Shown piece after piece: positions 1-12,630 of a DNA stretch of 64,000 bases. A program made the position numbers and the translations under genes. Source of the DNA: Octopus sinensis (taxonomy: Eukaryota); contig NC_042998.1 in assembly GCF_006345805.1 (NCBI RefSeq), forward strand, positions 119,722,001 to 119,786,000, read 5' to 3'. Numbering within the stretch: the stretch's first letter is position 1; every line of letters starts with the position of its first letter. Under the pieces are notes generated by a model, which worked only from the letters and a program-made list of their open reading frames with translations, made no database searches and was not told the origin of the DNA.

Positions 1-1340
1 TTCCTTCATAGCAGTTTACAAGGATACAACTATGTCGGTTATTGAGCATGACACCTTCCTATATGAGTTGATTAAATATCTGGGTAATAATTGCGTATCC
101 TGCCTCATAAGATTTTTTGAGCATCTCTGCAACCATCTCTGATGGGCCCGTGACATTCCTTCTCTTCATGTCATTGATTGTTTTACTACCACACCGTAGT
201 AATTGATGGTTCCTCTGTAGGGTCAGCATGAGGTAGCCCCTGCTTTTTCGAGTATGCCTTCATCATTCCAAATACACTTCTCACCAATGGCATTTTGGTT
301 TTGTCTCACAATCCAGAACTCTTTATGCATCATATCCCTGTGTTGCAGGACACATGCAAGTCTCTTCTTTTCTGCCCCACCTTCAGTCACATATACTCAC
401 CACATAGATAACATTTCAATTTATTAGGTAATGCTCCCTACCACCACCTTCTTTTCAGATTTTCCAAGCCTTTCTTAGCCTTAACTGTTCTATCAGTTGT
501 CATTCCACCACCACTACATTATATTTGGTTTGGTTAACACTTTGCTCCAGCCACATGTCAGATCTGTAGCCCTAAGAATATTTCATAGAAGTTCCAAATT
601 GTCATCTATTCTACAGGTATCTAAATCTTTTTCCCTACAGTCATATGCATCAATTGGAATTTCTCTAAACCGATTCCTAATTACAGGATCTTTGTACATA
701 GATTCCTTCTTCTAGGTTTGCCTAGCTTCAGTTCTAAAGTCACTAACCACTAAGCTATGTTGCATAGTGCCAGAAATGGTTTTGTCATTTACATTAGCAC
801 TTCTGTCTATTTTCCTGGTGATAATGTAACTTGACTTGGGTGTTCACCAGATTGGTAGGTGATGAGGTAGTTGACTGGCTTCTTAAAGTGTGTTTTACAA
901 ATATTAGATCAAGTGCATCACAGAACTCCAGCTTTTCATTTCTTGAGTCATAACCACATGCCATGGGAGCTATCAACATGTTGGTCAACATATCCATTAA
1001 AAGTCACTAGCCACAGTAATGAGGTCACTGTCAATCATTGTTTATGTAGTCTGCAGAAGGTTTTCATAGAAGTGGTCCTTCTGTTTTTTCTAGCAGTCTT
1101 GCTTGTGGAGCACATGCTAAGAAAAATTTTGAGTTGCCTTTAGTTTGTTTCAACTTAATTATCCTGTCACATACCCTAACTGCCTCAGTTACTTTATCTG
1201 TCCATCTCTCATCTAACAGTATACCTACTCCACCCCTGCTGTCACTGTTATTCACCCAGAAGAATTTGTGCTGCTGTCTTAACCATGAGTAGTTTGGTTG
1301 AGGATCACTTCCATCTTACCTGTTGCATACAGCATCTCCA
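1..1340 (-). mobile_element. Degenerate RTE-clade LINE, AP-endonuclease region
   Basis: Minus-strand peptide GVGILLDERWTDKVTEAVRVCDRIIKLK...ACAPQ is typical of the RTE APE domain; many stops and frameshifts. Confidence 0.75.
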
Positions 1341-1484
1341 CAATCCCACCAGATCAGCCTTTCATCATGCCTATATTTATGCTTGCTACCCTAAAGTTTT
1401 GGAACTCACAGGAAGAGGGGACATGTCTCCTGTGGTAAAGCTACTAGATTATTTGTTCATCACAGTCTGGCTGCATTAGTACCT

Positions 1485-1970
1485 CATCATCATCATCATC
1501 ATCATTGTTTAACATCCGCTGCCCATGCTGGTATGGGTTAGCTGGTTTGACTAAGGACTGGAAAGCCAGGTGGCTGCACCAGGCTCCAATCTGATCTGCC
1601 AAGGTTTCTACAGCTGGATGCCCTTCCTAACGCCAACCACTCTGAGAGTGTAGTGGGTACTTTTTAATGTGTCACCAGCATGAGAGACAATCAGGCAGTA
1701 CTGGCATCAACCATGCTCAAATGGTGCTTTTTACATGCCACCAGCATGGGCGCCAGTCAGGCGGTACTGGCATCGGCCATGACAATGATTTCACTTGACT
1801 CAACAGGTCTTCTCAAGCACAGTATATTGCCCAATGATTGAAGGTACTCTTAAATGGGCTGATTATACAGCACTGGCATAGGCCATGGTTATGGTCTCAC
1901 TCCAAAGGTCTCGATCACTTATCATTGCGTCAATGAGGCCCAATGTTCGAATGGTCTGCCCCATCACTTA
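1485..1970 (-). mobile_element. 5'-truncated RTE LINE 3' end with (GAT)n tail
   Basis: Reverse complement of the shared 3' end ...ccatgctagcatggaaagcggacgttaaacgatgatgat, plus last ORF codons at 1920-1970. Confidence 0.8.
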
Positions 1971-2124
1971 GACTCTATCACTACACATTTGTCACTCCTT
2001 TACCTTTTATCACCCCCCCCATTCCTTCTATCTTTTTTACACTCTAATACCTTTCTCTCTCTTTCGCCCTTTATCTCCCCACTCCTACTTTCAAATTATC
2101 TCCACTGACCACTAACTGGTCAAT

Positions 2125-3690
2125 GTATCCCAGGTCGAGCACCTACAGTGGGTAGATGAGGCCTTAAGGGGTTACAAAGCGGTGGCAGGAGCAAAAATCA
2201 ACCGGGATACATCAGTTGGCTTGCAACTCGGCACCTGGAGGGGCAAGTCGATGCCTTCTGACAACATCGTGGGATATTGGACAGAAGGGCTGGTGAAAAT
2301 GAGTGGAGTCTGGTTAGGTCCAGATCTCCAGATAGAGAAGAATTGGAGCAAGGTGGGGAGCAAAGTAGCTCTCCTAACTCAGACTTGGTCTGAGCGGAGG
2401 CTGTCCTTGAAAGGGAGGGCGGAGGTTGCAGAGGTGTTTATCACCCCTGTAATCACTTACCGCCTGACTGTCATGCCTTGCCCCAATTCGTGGCTGAACA
2501 AGCTGGAATGCATGCTCTTTTGCTTTTTGTGGAGGGGCAGAGACCTCTTGTAAGGTGCTCTATCTGCTGCTAAAAACTGCTGAAGGGTGGGCTAGGGATG
2601 CCGTGGCTAAAAATGCATAGACATGCGCTCAGGCTTAGGCATCTCTGGCTTTACCTGGATGGTGAGCAAGTGTGGTCTCCATTCATCAAGCTGTTATTTC
2701 CACAGTTCACATCATTTACCAAACTGAACCCATGGATCAAGTGTAGACCGAGGTTGGGCATCTGACATGCAGAGTGCCATCAGGCACTTGTGCTTCTCCC
2801 CCAGTCAGGCAATGCCGGTGGCAGGGGTACTACCTTGTTCTTCTATAGAGGGTTAGTAGAGTTCAAGTGTAATGACATCCTGGGAGAAACCCTAGGCTTT
2901 GACAAAGATCAACTGGCCAACCTATTCCAAAGAACTTTCAGGCTGGGGCCTATGGATAATTACCAAAAGTCCCTGGCCTGACAATGTTACAGAGGAGCTT
3001 TACTGGTTTGAGATAAGCTCTTTAGACATGGGTGTGCACCTTCGCCAGTTTGTGCAAGATGCGAGCAGGACAGTGAAACTGTCCTGCACATGATTGTGCA
3101 ATGCCCCAGAGTGACTGAGCTCTGGGCTTATGTCGAACACCTGCTGTCACATTTGAGAAGAGTACAACTGTCAAGCGAATCTTTAATTAAGATCATTCCG
3201 CCGACCTCCCTGAATAGGGAGGAGCGAGCCTGTTTTCTCTCAGTAGTTACTGTTGCAAAAGAGGTAGTATGGAAGATGAAAGTGAAAGGAATTGCAACAG
3301 GTATGTTCATCTCCAGTCTCGAGCTAATCGACTTTTTCGTTTTCCACATGAAATGGAAAATAAGGCTGGAGAAGAAATGCCTGTCGCAAAGTGTGTTTCA
3401 TAAAAGATGGAAGTTTATAGCAAGTATGTTGCAAGTGAAAGAACCTATCTAAACGAGAATATAAAAAGGAGAAAGCAAATTCTTCAGTGTGAGTATGTGG
3501 TTTGTGGGGTCAATTACATCCTCCGCTTCATTTTTTGTAAATCACTCTTTCTCATTTAATTGTATATATTTTAATTGTTTGTTTATTCATATGTTTCATC
3601 TCACTCGATACCCTGACCCCAATGTTTGTTTTGTCTGTCCATGTATCGTCCCCTCTTTTTGTCAACCTCATGGTTAATAGAGAAATTAAA
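2125..3690 (+). mobile_element. Tx1/L1-clade LINE 3' fragment (post-RT region + zf-RVT-like Cys/His motif), pseudogenised
   Basis: AGAKIN..., WSERRLSLKGRAEVA..., KLECMLFCFLW, and CxxC...ETVLHMIVQCP..LW; broken by stops. Confidence 0.8.
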
Positions 3691-4188
3691 TGGTACACTT
3701 TCCCTTATCTATATCTTTGTTTTTCTTTTTTCTTATTTCTTTCTTTCCTTTATTCCTCTCTTGTTTTTTATTTTTTTATTATTTTATTATTTTCTTCTTA
3801 CTTTCTTCTCCTTCTCTCTTTTTTCTCTTCTTTTTCTCTTTCTTTATTCTTCTCTTCCTGTTTTCAATTTGAGCCTACTAATACACACCCTATTTTTAGG
3901 TCACTTTAAATAAAACCCTTGATTCAATAACACTGTGTATAAACTCCATACTTGGAATGACCAATTTTAAATACTATTGGGTTTTACTCATAAGATACTG
4001 GAATCTTATATGTATACCATTCTGCCAAAAAAATGGATCTACAAATACAATATCCCTACACATCTCACATCTATTTGCTTTCCTCCACCTCACTCTCTAT
4101 TTTGTATTGTATCTAAATTCACTATTACTAAACCATTCTCTCACACCATCTCCATTGAAGGGATATAATGAATATCCTGGAAACAACT

Positions 4189-4302
4189 GTATGGGTTGGA
4201 CGATTTGACTGGAGTCTGGGAAGCCAGGAGGCTGCACCAGGTTCCAGTCTGATCTGGCAGTGTTTCTACAGCTGGATGCCCTTCCTAACGCCAACCACTC
4301 CG
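4189..4302 (-). mobile_element. RTE 3'-UTR fragment
   Basis: Near-identical inverse of ~5993-6105. Confidence 0.75.
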
Positions 4303-4317
4303 TATGTATATATATAT

Positions 4318-5378
4318 GGGTGTGGGGGATGACCTTTTTAACTGGTTGAAATCCTTCATCCTCAGCCGAAAGGAGGTAGTCACAGTTCTAGGACAGCACT
4401 CTACACCATATGAAATGTCATCGGGTGTACCACAGGGATCTGTCCTTGGTCCCCTCCTGTTTGTGGCATACATTAATGACATAGATGCCAATTTAAAGAA
4501 TGCCACAGTATTGAAATATGCAGACAAAATCAAGCTGTACCTTGAAATCAAGAGGACTGATCCTGATGTCTACAACTCTTTCCTGCAATCAGACCTAGAC
4601 ACAATGCAGCAATGGATCACAGACTGGCAACTGAAACTGGCTGTGGACAAGTGTACCACCATGCATTTTGGGAGAAAAAACCCTGCGTCCACATACTCCC
4701 TCCACAACACTGATATCAAGAAATCCTCTTGCGAACGTGACCTAGGTATCACTGTCAGCAGTGATTTGCGTTGGACAAAGCATATCTCTAAAATTGTCAA
4801 GAAGGCCGAGGGTGTCTTGGCATCACTCAGCAAGACTTTTGTTAGCCGCTCTCCAGCCATCTATTTAAAACTGTATACAGCTATGGTACGACCACACTTG
4901 GAATTCGCATCATCAGTTTGGAATCCCTATCTTGCTCAGAACATTGACCTCCTGGAATCTGTCCAGAGACGTGCAACCAAACGCATACCCTCCATCAGAC
5001 ACCTACCATATTCTGAGCACCTTGTTTCCCTGGGCATGAATTCACTGAAGCTCCGGCGTCTGGCGACGGACTTGGTAAACGCCCACAAGGTTATCAACCA
5101 CCTCACCAACAACAACACTGAACACCTTTTTGATCTCCATGTGTCTAACACACGTGGACATGCCTACAAAGTCAGAAAACAACACAGCTCCCATGACTTT
5201 CGGAAACATTTTTTCACGCTCAGAGTTGCTGAAGCATGGAATAAACTGCCTGCGTCAGTTGTTGACTGCCATGACACTGCATCCTTTAAGGCCCTCATGC
5301 TTTCCGAAATCCGCCGAAACTACACCTGATTATATATACACTTTAGATGAGTTGTAGTGCACCTGAGCACTGTACACA

Positions 5379-5417
<39 letters not shown>
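4318..5417 (+). mobile_element. 5'-truncated CR1-clade LINE (RT C-half, open to stop at 5329) with 3' hairpin and (ATT)n tail
   Basis: SGVPQGSVLGPLLF, YAD(K), ERDLGI, VRPHLE, TRGH, FF.RV..WN.LP motifs. The catalytic YADD reads YADK. Hairpin tgtagtgc/gcactgta precedes the tail. Confidence 0.9.
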
Positions 5418-5426
<9 letters not shown>

Positions 5427-5446
5427 TATGTATATATATAAATATA

Positions 5447-5521
<75 letters not shown>

Positions 5522-5551
5522 GTATATATATATATATATATATATGTATAT

Positions 5552-6150
5552 TGCTTGCGAAGACCTGTTGGGGCAAGTGAAATCGGAATTGAAATTGAAC
5601 CAATCCTATGACTGGCACACGGCAATTACCAGGACCGCTGGACTGACTCCTGTGCAGGTGGCAAGTGAAAGAAAAACCATTTCGACCCTGTGCTTGAGGA
5701 GATCCATTGAGTCAAGTACACCAACATCAAAATCAATGGAAACTGCAGTTGTGATCCCTGTGCCGGTGGCACGTAAAAAGCACCATCTGAACGTGGCTGA
5801 TGCCAGCGCCGCCTATACTGGCTTCCGTGCCGGTGGCACGTAAAAAGCACCATCCGAATCGTGGCCGATGCCAGCGCCGCCTTGACTGGCTTCCGTGCCG
5901 GTGGCATGTAAAATGCACCAATCCGATCGTGGCCGTTGCCAGCCTCGCCTGGCACCTGTGCAGGTGGCACGTAAAAAGCACCCACTACACTCACGGAGTG
6001 GTTGGCGTTAGAAAGGGCATCCAGCTGTAGAAACACTGCCAGATCAGACTGGAGCCTGGTGCAGCCTTCTGGCTTCCCAGATCCCTGGTCGAACCGTCCA
6101 ACCTATGCTAGCATGGAGAACGGACGTTAAACGATGATGATGATGATGAT
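5552..6150 (+). mobile_element. RTE 3'-UTR with internal ~65-bp tandem units and (GAT)n tail, flanked by (TA)n
   Basis: Matches 63800-64000 and 37060-37415; repeated gccggtggcacgtaaaaagcacc. Confidence 0.85.
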
Positions 6151-6299
6151 ATATGTATATATGAATATATAGATGTATACGTATATATATATGTATATGT
6201 ATATGTATATACATATGTATACATATATATGTGTGTGTGTATATATTTTTATGTAGTTTCAACTGAAACCTATGGCCATGCTGGGGCACCGCCATTTTG

Positions 6300-9200
6300 C
6301 TACACTGTTATTACCGAGAGCCTCCTCTAATATGTAGCACTTGGTGAATTGATGAAGAATGAAGTTTGATGTCGCTACTCTCATTTGCACCTCTTGCTGT
6401 TAGGTAGGTTCATCTGGGACTCTCGACAGGAAGAGGTCCAGTTTTGATTTGAAAACTCCTACATCCATATTGTGTAGGTTCCTTAGGCTCTTTGGGAAAT
6501 ATTAAAAAGCTGCAGGCCCCTGAAACCTAGGCTGTTGCAGTAACTGGTCCTGAAGTGTGATGGCATTGCTTGGATATTTGGCACTGTGCAGTGTCGACCC
6601 ATTCTAGCATTGGTGTAGTTTTCAATGCCAAAATTTGGCAGAATTCCTTCCAGGACTTTCCAGATGTTTATTACTGCATACCTCTCCTGTCTTCGCTCCA
6701 AGGAGTAGAGTCTTAGCTGTTTCAGCCTTTCCCAGTAGCTGAGCTGTTGCAATGAGACAATCTTCTTTGTGAAGCTGCTCTCGATTGCTTCAAGGTCCAC
6801 AGTTAATTTTACACTGTTGGGTGACCATAGCTGGGAGCAGTAATCCACGTGACGGAGGACGAATGTCCTCCAGAGGACCATGATGGTTTCCTTTTCTCTG
6901 GTTCTGAACATTCTCAGGATCCATCCAGCCAGTTGTCTGCACTTTGTCGCTATCCTGATAATGTGCACTTGGAAAGAGGTATCATCACTCATGTTGATAC
7001 CTAGGTCCCTCACTGATTTAGGCTCTGGAGTTGTAATCCCCTGTGCACCAGTGTACCCTGTAAGTCTCATATTCAGTTTTGGATGCTGGTAGCACAGAGC
7101 TTGGAATTTTTCAGCATTAAACTGCATATTATTATCCTCAGCCCATCTGTAAATTGAGTCCAACTCCTATTGCAGATGTGCAACATCACTGTGGTTCTGT
7201 ATTTTCTGCAAGACTTTCGTATCATCTGTGTAGCAAATAAGGGTGGCTATCTAGGTAGTTGAGGGCATATCTGAGAGGGCCACTATGAAAAGCAATGGTT
7301 CCAAGACAGTGCCCTGTGGAACACCGCTCACTATTTGTGCTTTCATTGAGGTGGCTCCATTAGCCACTACTACCTGACTTCTTTCAGAAAGTCATGTAAC
7401 CACTCTCCAAGTTTTCCAGCTATGCTGAGATCATGCAGTTTGTGACATTTCATACCAGGATCCACTTTATCAAAAGCTTTTGCAAAATCGAGGTATATTA
7501 CGTCCACATTTGAGTTGTTGAGTAACTGCCTCAACACCTAGTCATAGTGTTGTAAGAGCTGGGTCAGGCAACTCCTACCTGGTCAAAAGCCATGCTGGGT
7601 ATCACTCAGCAAGTTATTTTCTTCAAGGAATGCGATTAGTTTCCATCTGACTATCCATTCCAATGACTTTGCTGATGTGTGAAGTCAGAGAGAAAGGCCT
7701 ATAGTTTTTGGCATCTGCTCTGCTTCCCTTTCCATGGACTGGGCATATTATTCCCTCCTTTAGCGTGTTTGGCAGCTTGCCATTTGCAAGAAAGCTCTGG
7801 AAGAGAATCTGTAGAGGTTTTGCCAGGACATGCTTACATGATCTGAGGAGGATTACTGGGAAACCTTTAGGACCAGCAGTTGAGTTTGCATCCACCTCAT
7901 CTATGGCTAGTAGTATATCTTCTTTTCTAATCTCAATGTATTCCATTGTAACTGCCTAACTGGTTATAGGTGAGGTGGCAAAGAAATCCACTGGTTCCTT
8001 TACTTGTCTGTGTTCCAACAGAATGGTAAAGACACTTTTGAACTCGTCATTCAGTACCTCACTGATCCTGGTAGGACTATCTGTGAGGGGGCCATCCTTC
8101 TGGAAGAGGGGTCCTATGGGTCCTATCTTGCAATGTGCTAAGGCTGTTCCTTTTGCATAATGGAAGAAGGCCTTTGGTTTTGACTTAATGTTTTTTATAA
8201 CCCAGGCTTCTTTGTCTGCCTTCTCCCTCACATAGGATTGTTGCAAGCTTTTTTCAATCTCTATCAGTGTTGTTTTTAGGCGGGACTTTTTGCTACATTT
8301 GGAATGTTGGTTGAGGCAATTTGCAACCTTTGTCCATCGTCTCATGAGGATCTTCCTCTCCCTTGGAATCTTGTTCCTTTTTGTGTTGGCCTTGTTGTGT
8401 TGGCTCTGGGACATATTTCTGGCATATGGTTTGCATGACAGACATGAAATATTCTAGTTCCATGCCAATGTCTGATGTTGAGAGACATTTCGGCCAGTCT
8501 TTTTTGAATCAATTTCCAGTCTGCTTTGTGGAAGTTCAGATTGGAGAGATTTAGACTGCTTCCTTTAATCTGTATGTCTCTGGCTACTTTTAGCCAATAC
8601 ACAGACAGCTCTATTATGTTGTGATCTGAGACTAATGTCAGCATCACTTTCATATCATGAAAGATGTCCATATTGTTTGTGAAGCAGAGATCCAAAATGT
8701 TATTCGTCCTAGTTGGTCTGAGTATAACTTGCTCCATGAATAGGGCATTGGTGAGGTTGAACAGGGACTCTACCTGTGCTTGTTTGCAATGAGTCATTCC
8801 TGAGAGCAAGAGGCCTTCAGGCCATTTGACATTGGGGAAGTTGAAATTACCTATAAGAAATACGCTCACATGGTGTTCCAGTTTCATGAGGATTTCTTTA
8901 ATTCTTGTGAGGCAATCTTCAAACTTGCCTGTGTGGTTTGGAGCATCTAGTGGGTAATATGTATTGCACATGACTATATTGTGTTGTCTTATGCATACAA
9001 TTAAATAGTCATATACTGAATCTGAGATTGACAGTAAGACCTGAGGTGTGACGTCATCAGGGAAGTATACAGCAACTCCACCATGGCTCCTTTCCATTCT
9101 GTCTGTTCGCAGTATGGTATATTTTGGTATGTGTACTTCTGCATCCTCTATATCAGGGTTCAGATGACTTTCCACAAGTGCTATGCATAGGACTTGATTG

Positions 9201-9455
9201 GATGCAGCAAGGTCTCTCAGGAAAAAATTTTGCTTTTGTTTTGATGCAACAGGCCCCCAATATTTAGTAAAAATATTGGTGTGATGACTGTGCAGGTGTT
9301 CGGGGAGACCATCCCGTGTCTGTTGATTGTGGTGGTCTTGCGCAGTGGTGGACAAGGTTCCTTGTTTGCGCTTGATGTAGCCAGAGCAGCTACTGCACAA
9401 TCTTTTGCATCATGTACAAAAAAACTCAAGCTCAGCTGTTGCCTTGCACATAACA

Positions 9456-9458
<3 letters not shown>
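6300..9458 (-). mobile_element. Degenerate near-full ORF2 of a second CR1-group LINE (endonuclease + RT)
   Basis: Minus-strand fragments ESHLNPDI...RTDR...GGVAVY, GNFNFP, NILDLCFTN, NYRPFSLTSHISKV, DFAKAFDKV, SGVPQG, YTDDTK, LYSLERRQERY. Confidence 0.88.
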
Positions 9459-9486
<28 letters not shown>

Positions 9487-10824
9487 CTATCAGAGATACC
9501 CGGCGTTGCCCGTGTTACATGCAATTGAAGAATTAGACTTTTCTTTTATATTTTCTGTAATGAACTGGAATACCTATGTTTCGAATTTGCAGATGAGAGT
9601 TATTGCAGATGAGAGTTATTTCCCTCATTACACACCCTAAAAAATTTGTAATCATGCCACATGTATCCCATACTATTGATTTTTATGCGTATATTCCAAA
9701 ATTCCAGTCTTATAGAACCTGTTAAAAGAATTTCGCTCCTGAAAAATGAAGGTCATGGAGCTCTAAAATGTGAGAGTTAAGGCCCCTATTGGAGTTGGGT
9801 GTCTTAATGTCAACCAGAGAAGTTGAATTGTTGAGAATCTTTTTAACTTTGGTCTTATATCTATTGTTTGAATTTCTTTGAAATAGGAAATATATGTTCA
9901 CTGGGTTTGTAAAAGAGAGCAAAGCTACAGGAAACCAAAAGATGAATGATTACAATAAGCAGTCAGCTACCTTACCCTAGTCATTACCACTCCCAATGTA
10001 GGATTCCTCACCATCCAGGTGACAGGCACAGCCATAAGATGCATTACGAATCTATAGCAATTGGAAGGGCATGACCCATCTGAAATAAACATTAACAACT
10101 GTGTGACGTAAGGGCTAAGGGGAAATGAAAGTGTCACCTCTGGAGTTTGCAAATGACCACTATACGTAATTGGACAGAATAATTTTACAATCTATAAATG
10201 TCTTTGAATAACCAGTCACTCATCTGGGAAGGCCTTGAAATCAATGTTACCATCTGGGGACTATGTGTGACCCAGTGATAATAAAAAGACTGAAAGGAGG
10301 TCTACAACCAAATAACTTTATTAAAAACTGTAAATATTACAGCAGATTTAAGATGCCGAGTAATCTTCAGCTAATTTTATATAGGTTTTCCAATAACATA
10401 AAGTTCTCAAATCAATTAATAACATCTTAGGGAAGGTAAATATACAGATAAAGATGTAGATATGAATCTTAGGAACATGAGGTAGTGTAGTTTAGATGCT
10501 AACTGACCAAAACCTTGTTTACAACTGACTGTTGTAAAAAAAATTTCTTTAGCTATATGGATAGGGATAAGGGCAGGTCAAGAATTCAAGTTACTTGAAG
10601 AAAAGAAGAGGAAAAATCAGGAGATGTAAAAGAAGAACAGATTGTCACTAGAACAAAGGGTCAATTTATTTATGTGTTGACAAAAAATATTTTTTGTCAA
10701 CACATAAATAAATATTTACAGCTTTTAATAAAATGTTGTAGTATGAAACAATTGTACTAAATTACCGGATTCATACTTGTTGCTTATTTTTGATTGTATA
10801 TATATATATCTATATATATATACA

Positions 10825-10917
<93 letters not shown>

Positions 10918-12585
10918 CTATATATATATACATGTATATATATATACATCTATCTATATATACATGTAAATTTAAATTTAAAATAATAAGGGTGAAAAAT
11001 TGAATATTAATTTGATTAATATCAATTTGAAACCAGTGGTGTAGCATATTGAAAAGTCTGAAGTTTTAGAAAAAATTATATTACATACATATAGGTGGAC
11101 ATCCATTATGCTAGAAGAAGATTTGCTATGGTCTTACCATTCCTTTGTTAGTGGTAAGACCATGGTGGATCTTCTTCTAGCATAATGGATGTCCACTTAC
11201 AGGTTATCCCTCTTATATAATAGTATAAAAATAGGATCACATGCGGTCGTATCGTATAGGAGACACGGTCGCACGTGGTCATATTCTTAATGAAATATTA
11301 CAGACCATATAATACATACAGCGGCAATAGAACACAAGTGGAATGACAACAAGATTTCTTTTTGAGATATATACATTATTTATTTTACATATTTTACAAT
11401 CATGTTGGTTGGAAGTTTGTAAGCGTTAGCATATTTTTGTGTCTGTGTGTTCGTGAGGCATAAAAGGTACTGACCAGAGGAATAACAATGGAATTTGGTT
11501 CACAGTTCATGTTGTTGGTATCAGCCTAGCAACAGGTAGTAGCAGATGGCTTAAGGTAGTTCTTAGAAGAACTAGAACTCAAGACAGATAATTGATTTAC
11601 CGTTTATGAGGTACACGGAGTGTAAGAGTTCCATATCAAGATGTTGCGTCTCGTAGTTGAGATTAATTGAATCACTTGTTGTGTTTATCTTTCTCTTGAT
11701 ATGAATATACTTCCAGATGTGTTAACTGTAGCCGTTTTTCCCGTGGTGAGATTTTCACCTAACCGCTAGAGTTGAATCTGTAGTTGTCTTGTGTACAAAT
11801 TAAACCTTAGTAGATAGAGACGATGTTTGGCGATGAGTTGTGTCTGTCGTTTGGTTTTTGCTGCGTCTTCATCATATATTCTGCTTGGTTATTTTTCTCT
11901 TGATATAATGGTGGTCGCCTGCCTTTCGAACTGGAACATAGTCGAGTATGCTCTGTGTGGTCAGAGGTTCGTTCTGAGAAGAACTAGAACCAAAGACGAA
12001 TATTTGTCTGAGAACCCTTCTTTATATAAGGTTCATGTGGCTCAAAACGAACTTCAGAAATGGAAAGCTGTGATTGGCTGCTTGGAACAATGGCGCGAAA
12101 ATAAGCGGAGGCAAATCGTGTCACGTGACAACCAGCGGTGCGAACGTAGTAGAGACCATGTGTCAGCCAATTGGATTAGTGTTTACAACAATGTTAAACT
12201 AGCCGAAGATGTTTGTAATCTCGAACGAGATTATTCTTAATACTCTTCTCAAACAGTGAAGATAGCAATGAAAGAAACGATATTGCTACAATAGTTTCAC
12301 TTTAATAGTTTCAGTATTAAAGTGAAACTATTAAAGTGAAACTATTAAAGTGAAAGCATCTGACATTACAATAGAGAGATGTTATTGTTTCACTTTTGAC
12401 AGATAATGCTGAAATAGTGGAGAAGATATGATATTCCTGTGGGCTCGCACTAGGTAAGAAGTTAAAATTTCTTTTTGTCTATGACACTACATGGACCCTA
12501 AGTAAGGCATGTGTAAAATTTGAATGAAATTGGTTGTGTAGTTCTCAAGTTTTAGGGATTCACACAGATAGACACATATTCTCAT

Positions 12586-12590
<5 letters not shown>
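9487..12590 (-). mobile_element. Non-autonomous Helitron-like element with cargo
   Basis: Left end tactatcagagatacccggcgttgcccg resembles the canonical 3' hairpin+CTAG end at 53020. Right end 12300-12590 is homologous to the 5' end at 58860-59116. That both ends belong to one element is inferred. Confidence 0.6.

Positions 12591-12626
<36 letters not shown>

Positions 12627-12630
<4 letters not shown>

Noticed and set aside
3622-3913. Phe/Leu-rich membrane-like ORFs
   Set aside because: Low-complexity pyrimidine tract.
5343-5625. YIYI/Tyr-rich ORFs (also ~10.7-11.0, 14.4-14.7, 17.0-17.3, 54.9-55.3, 56.4-56.7 kb)
   Set aside because: Translations of (TA)n/(CA)n microsatellites.
10335-10375. 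Minus-strand CTGAAGA as another hammerhead
   Set aside because: No GAAA box or convincing stems; at most a heavily decayed pLTR.
11559-12060. Heat-shock elements in Helitron cargo (GAA/TTC-rich)
   Set aside because: Spacing between TTC and GAA is 1 or 3 nt, not the nGAAnnTTCn register.
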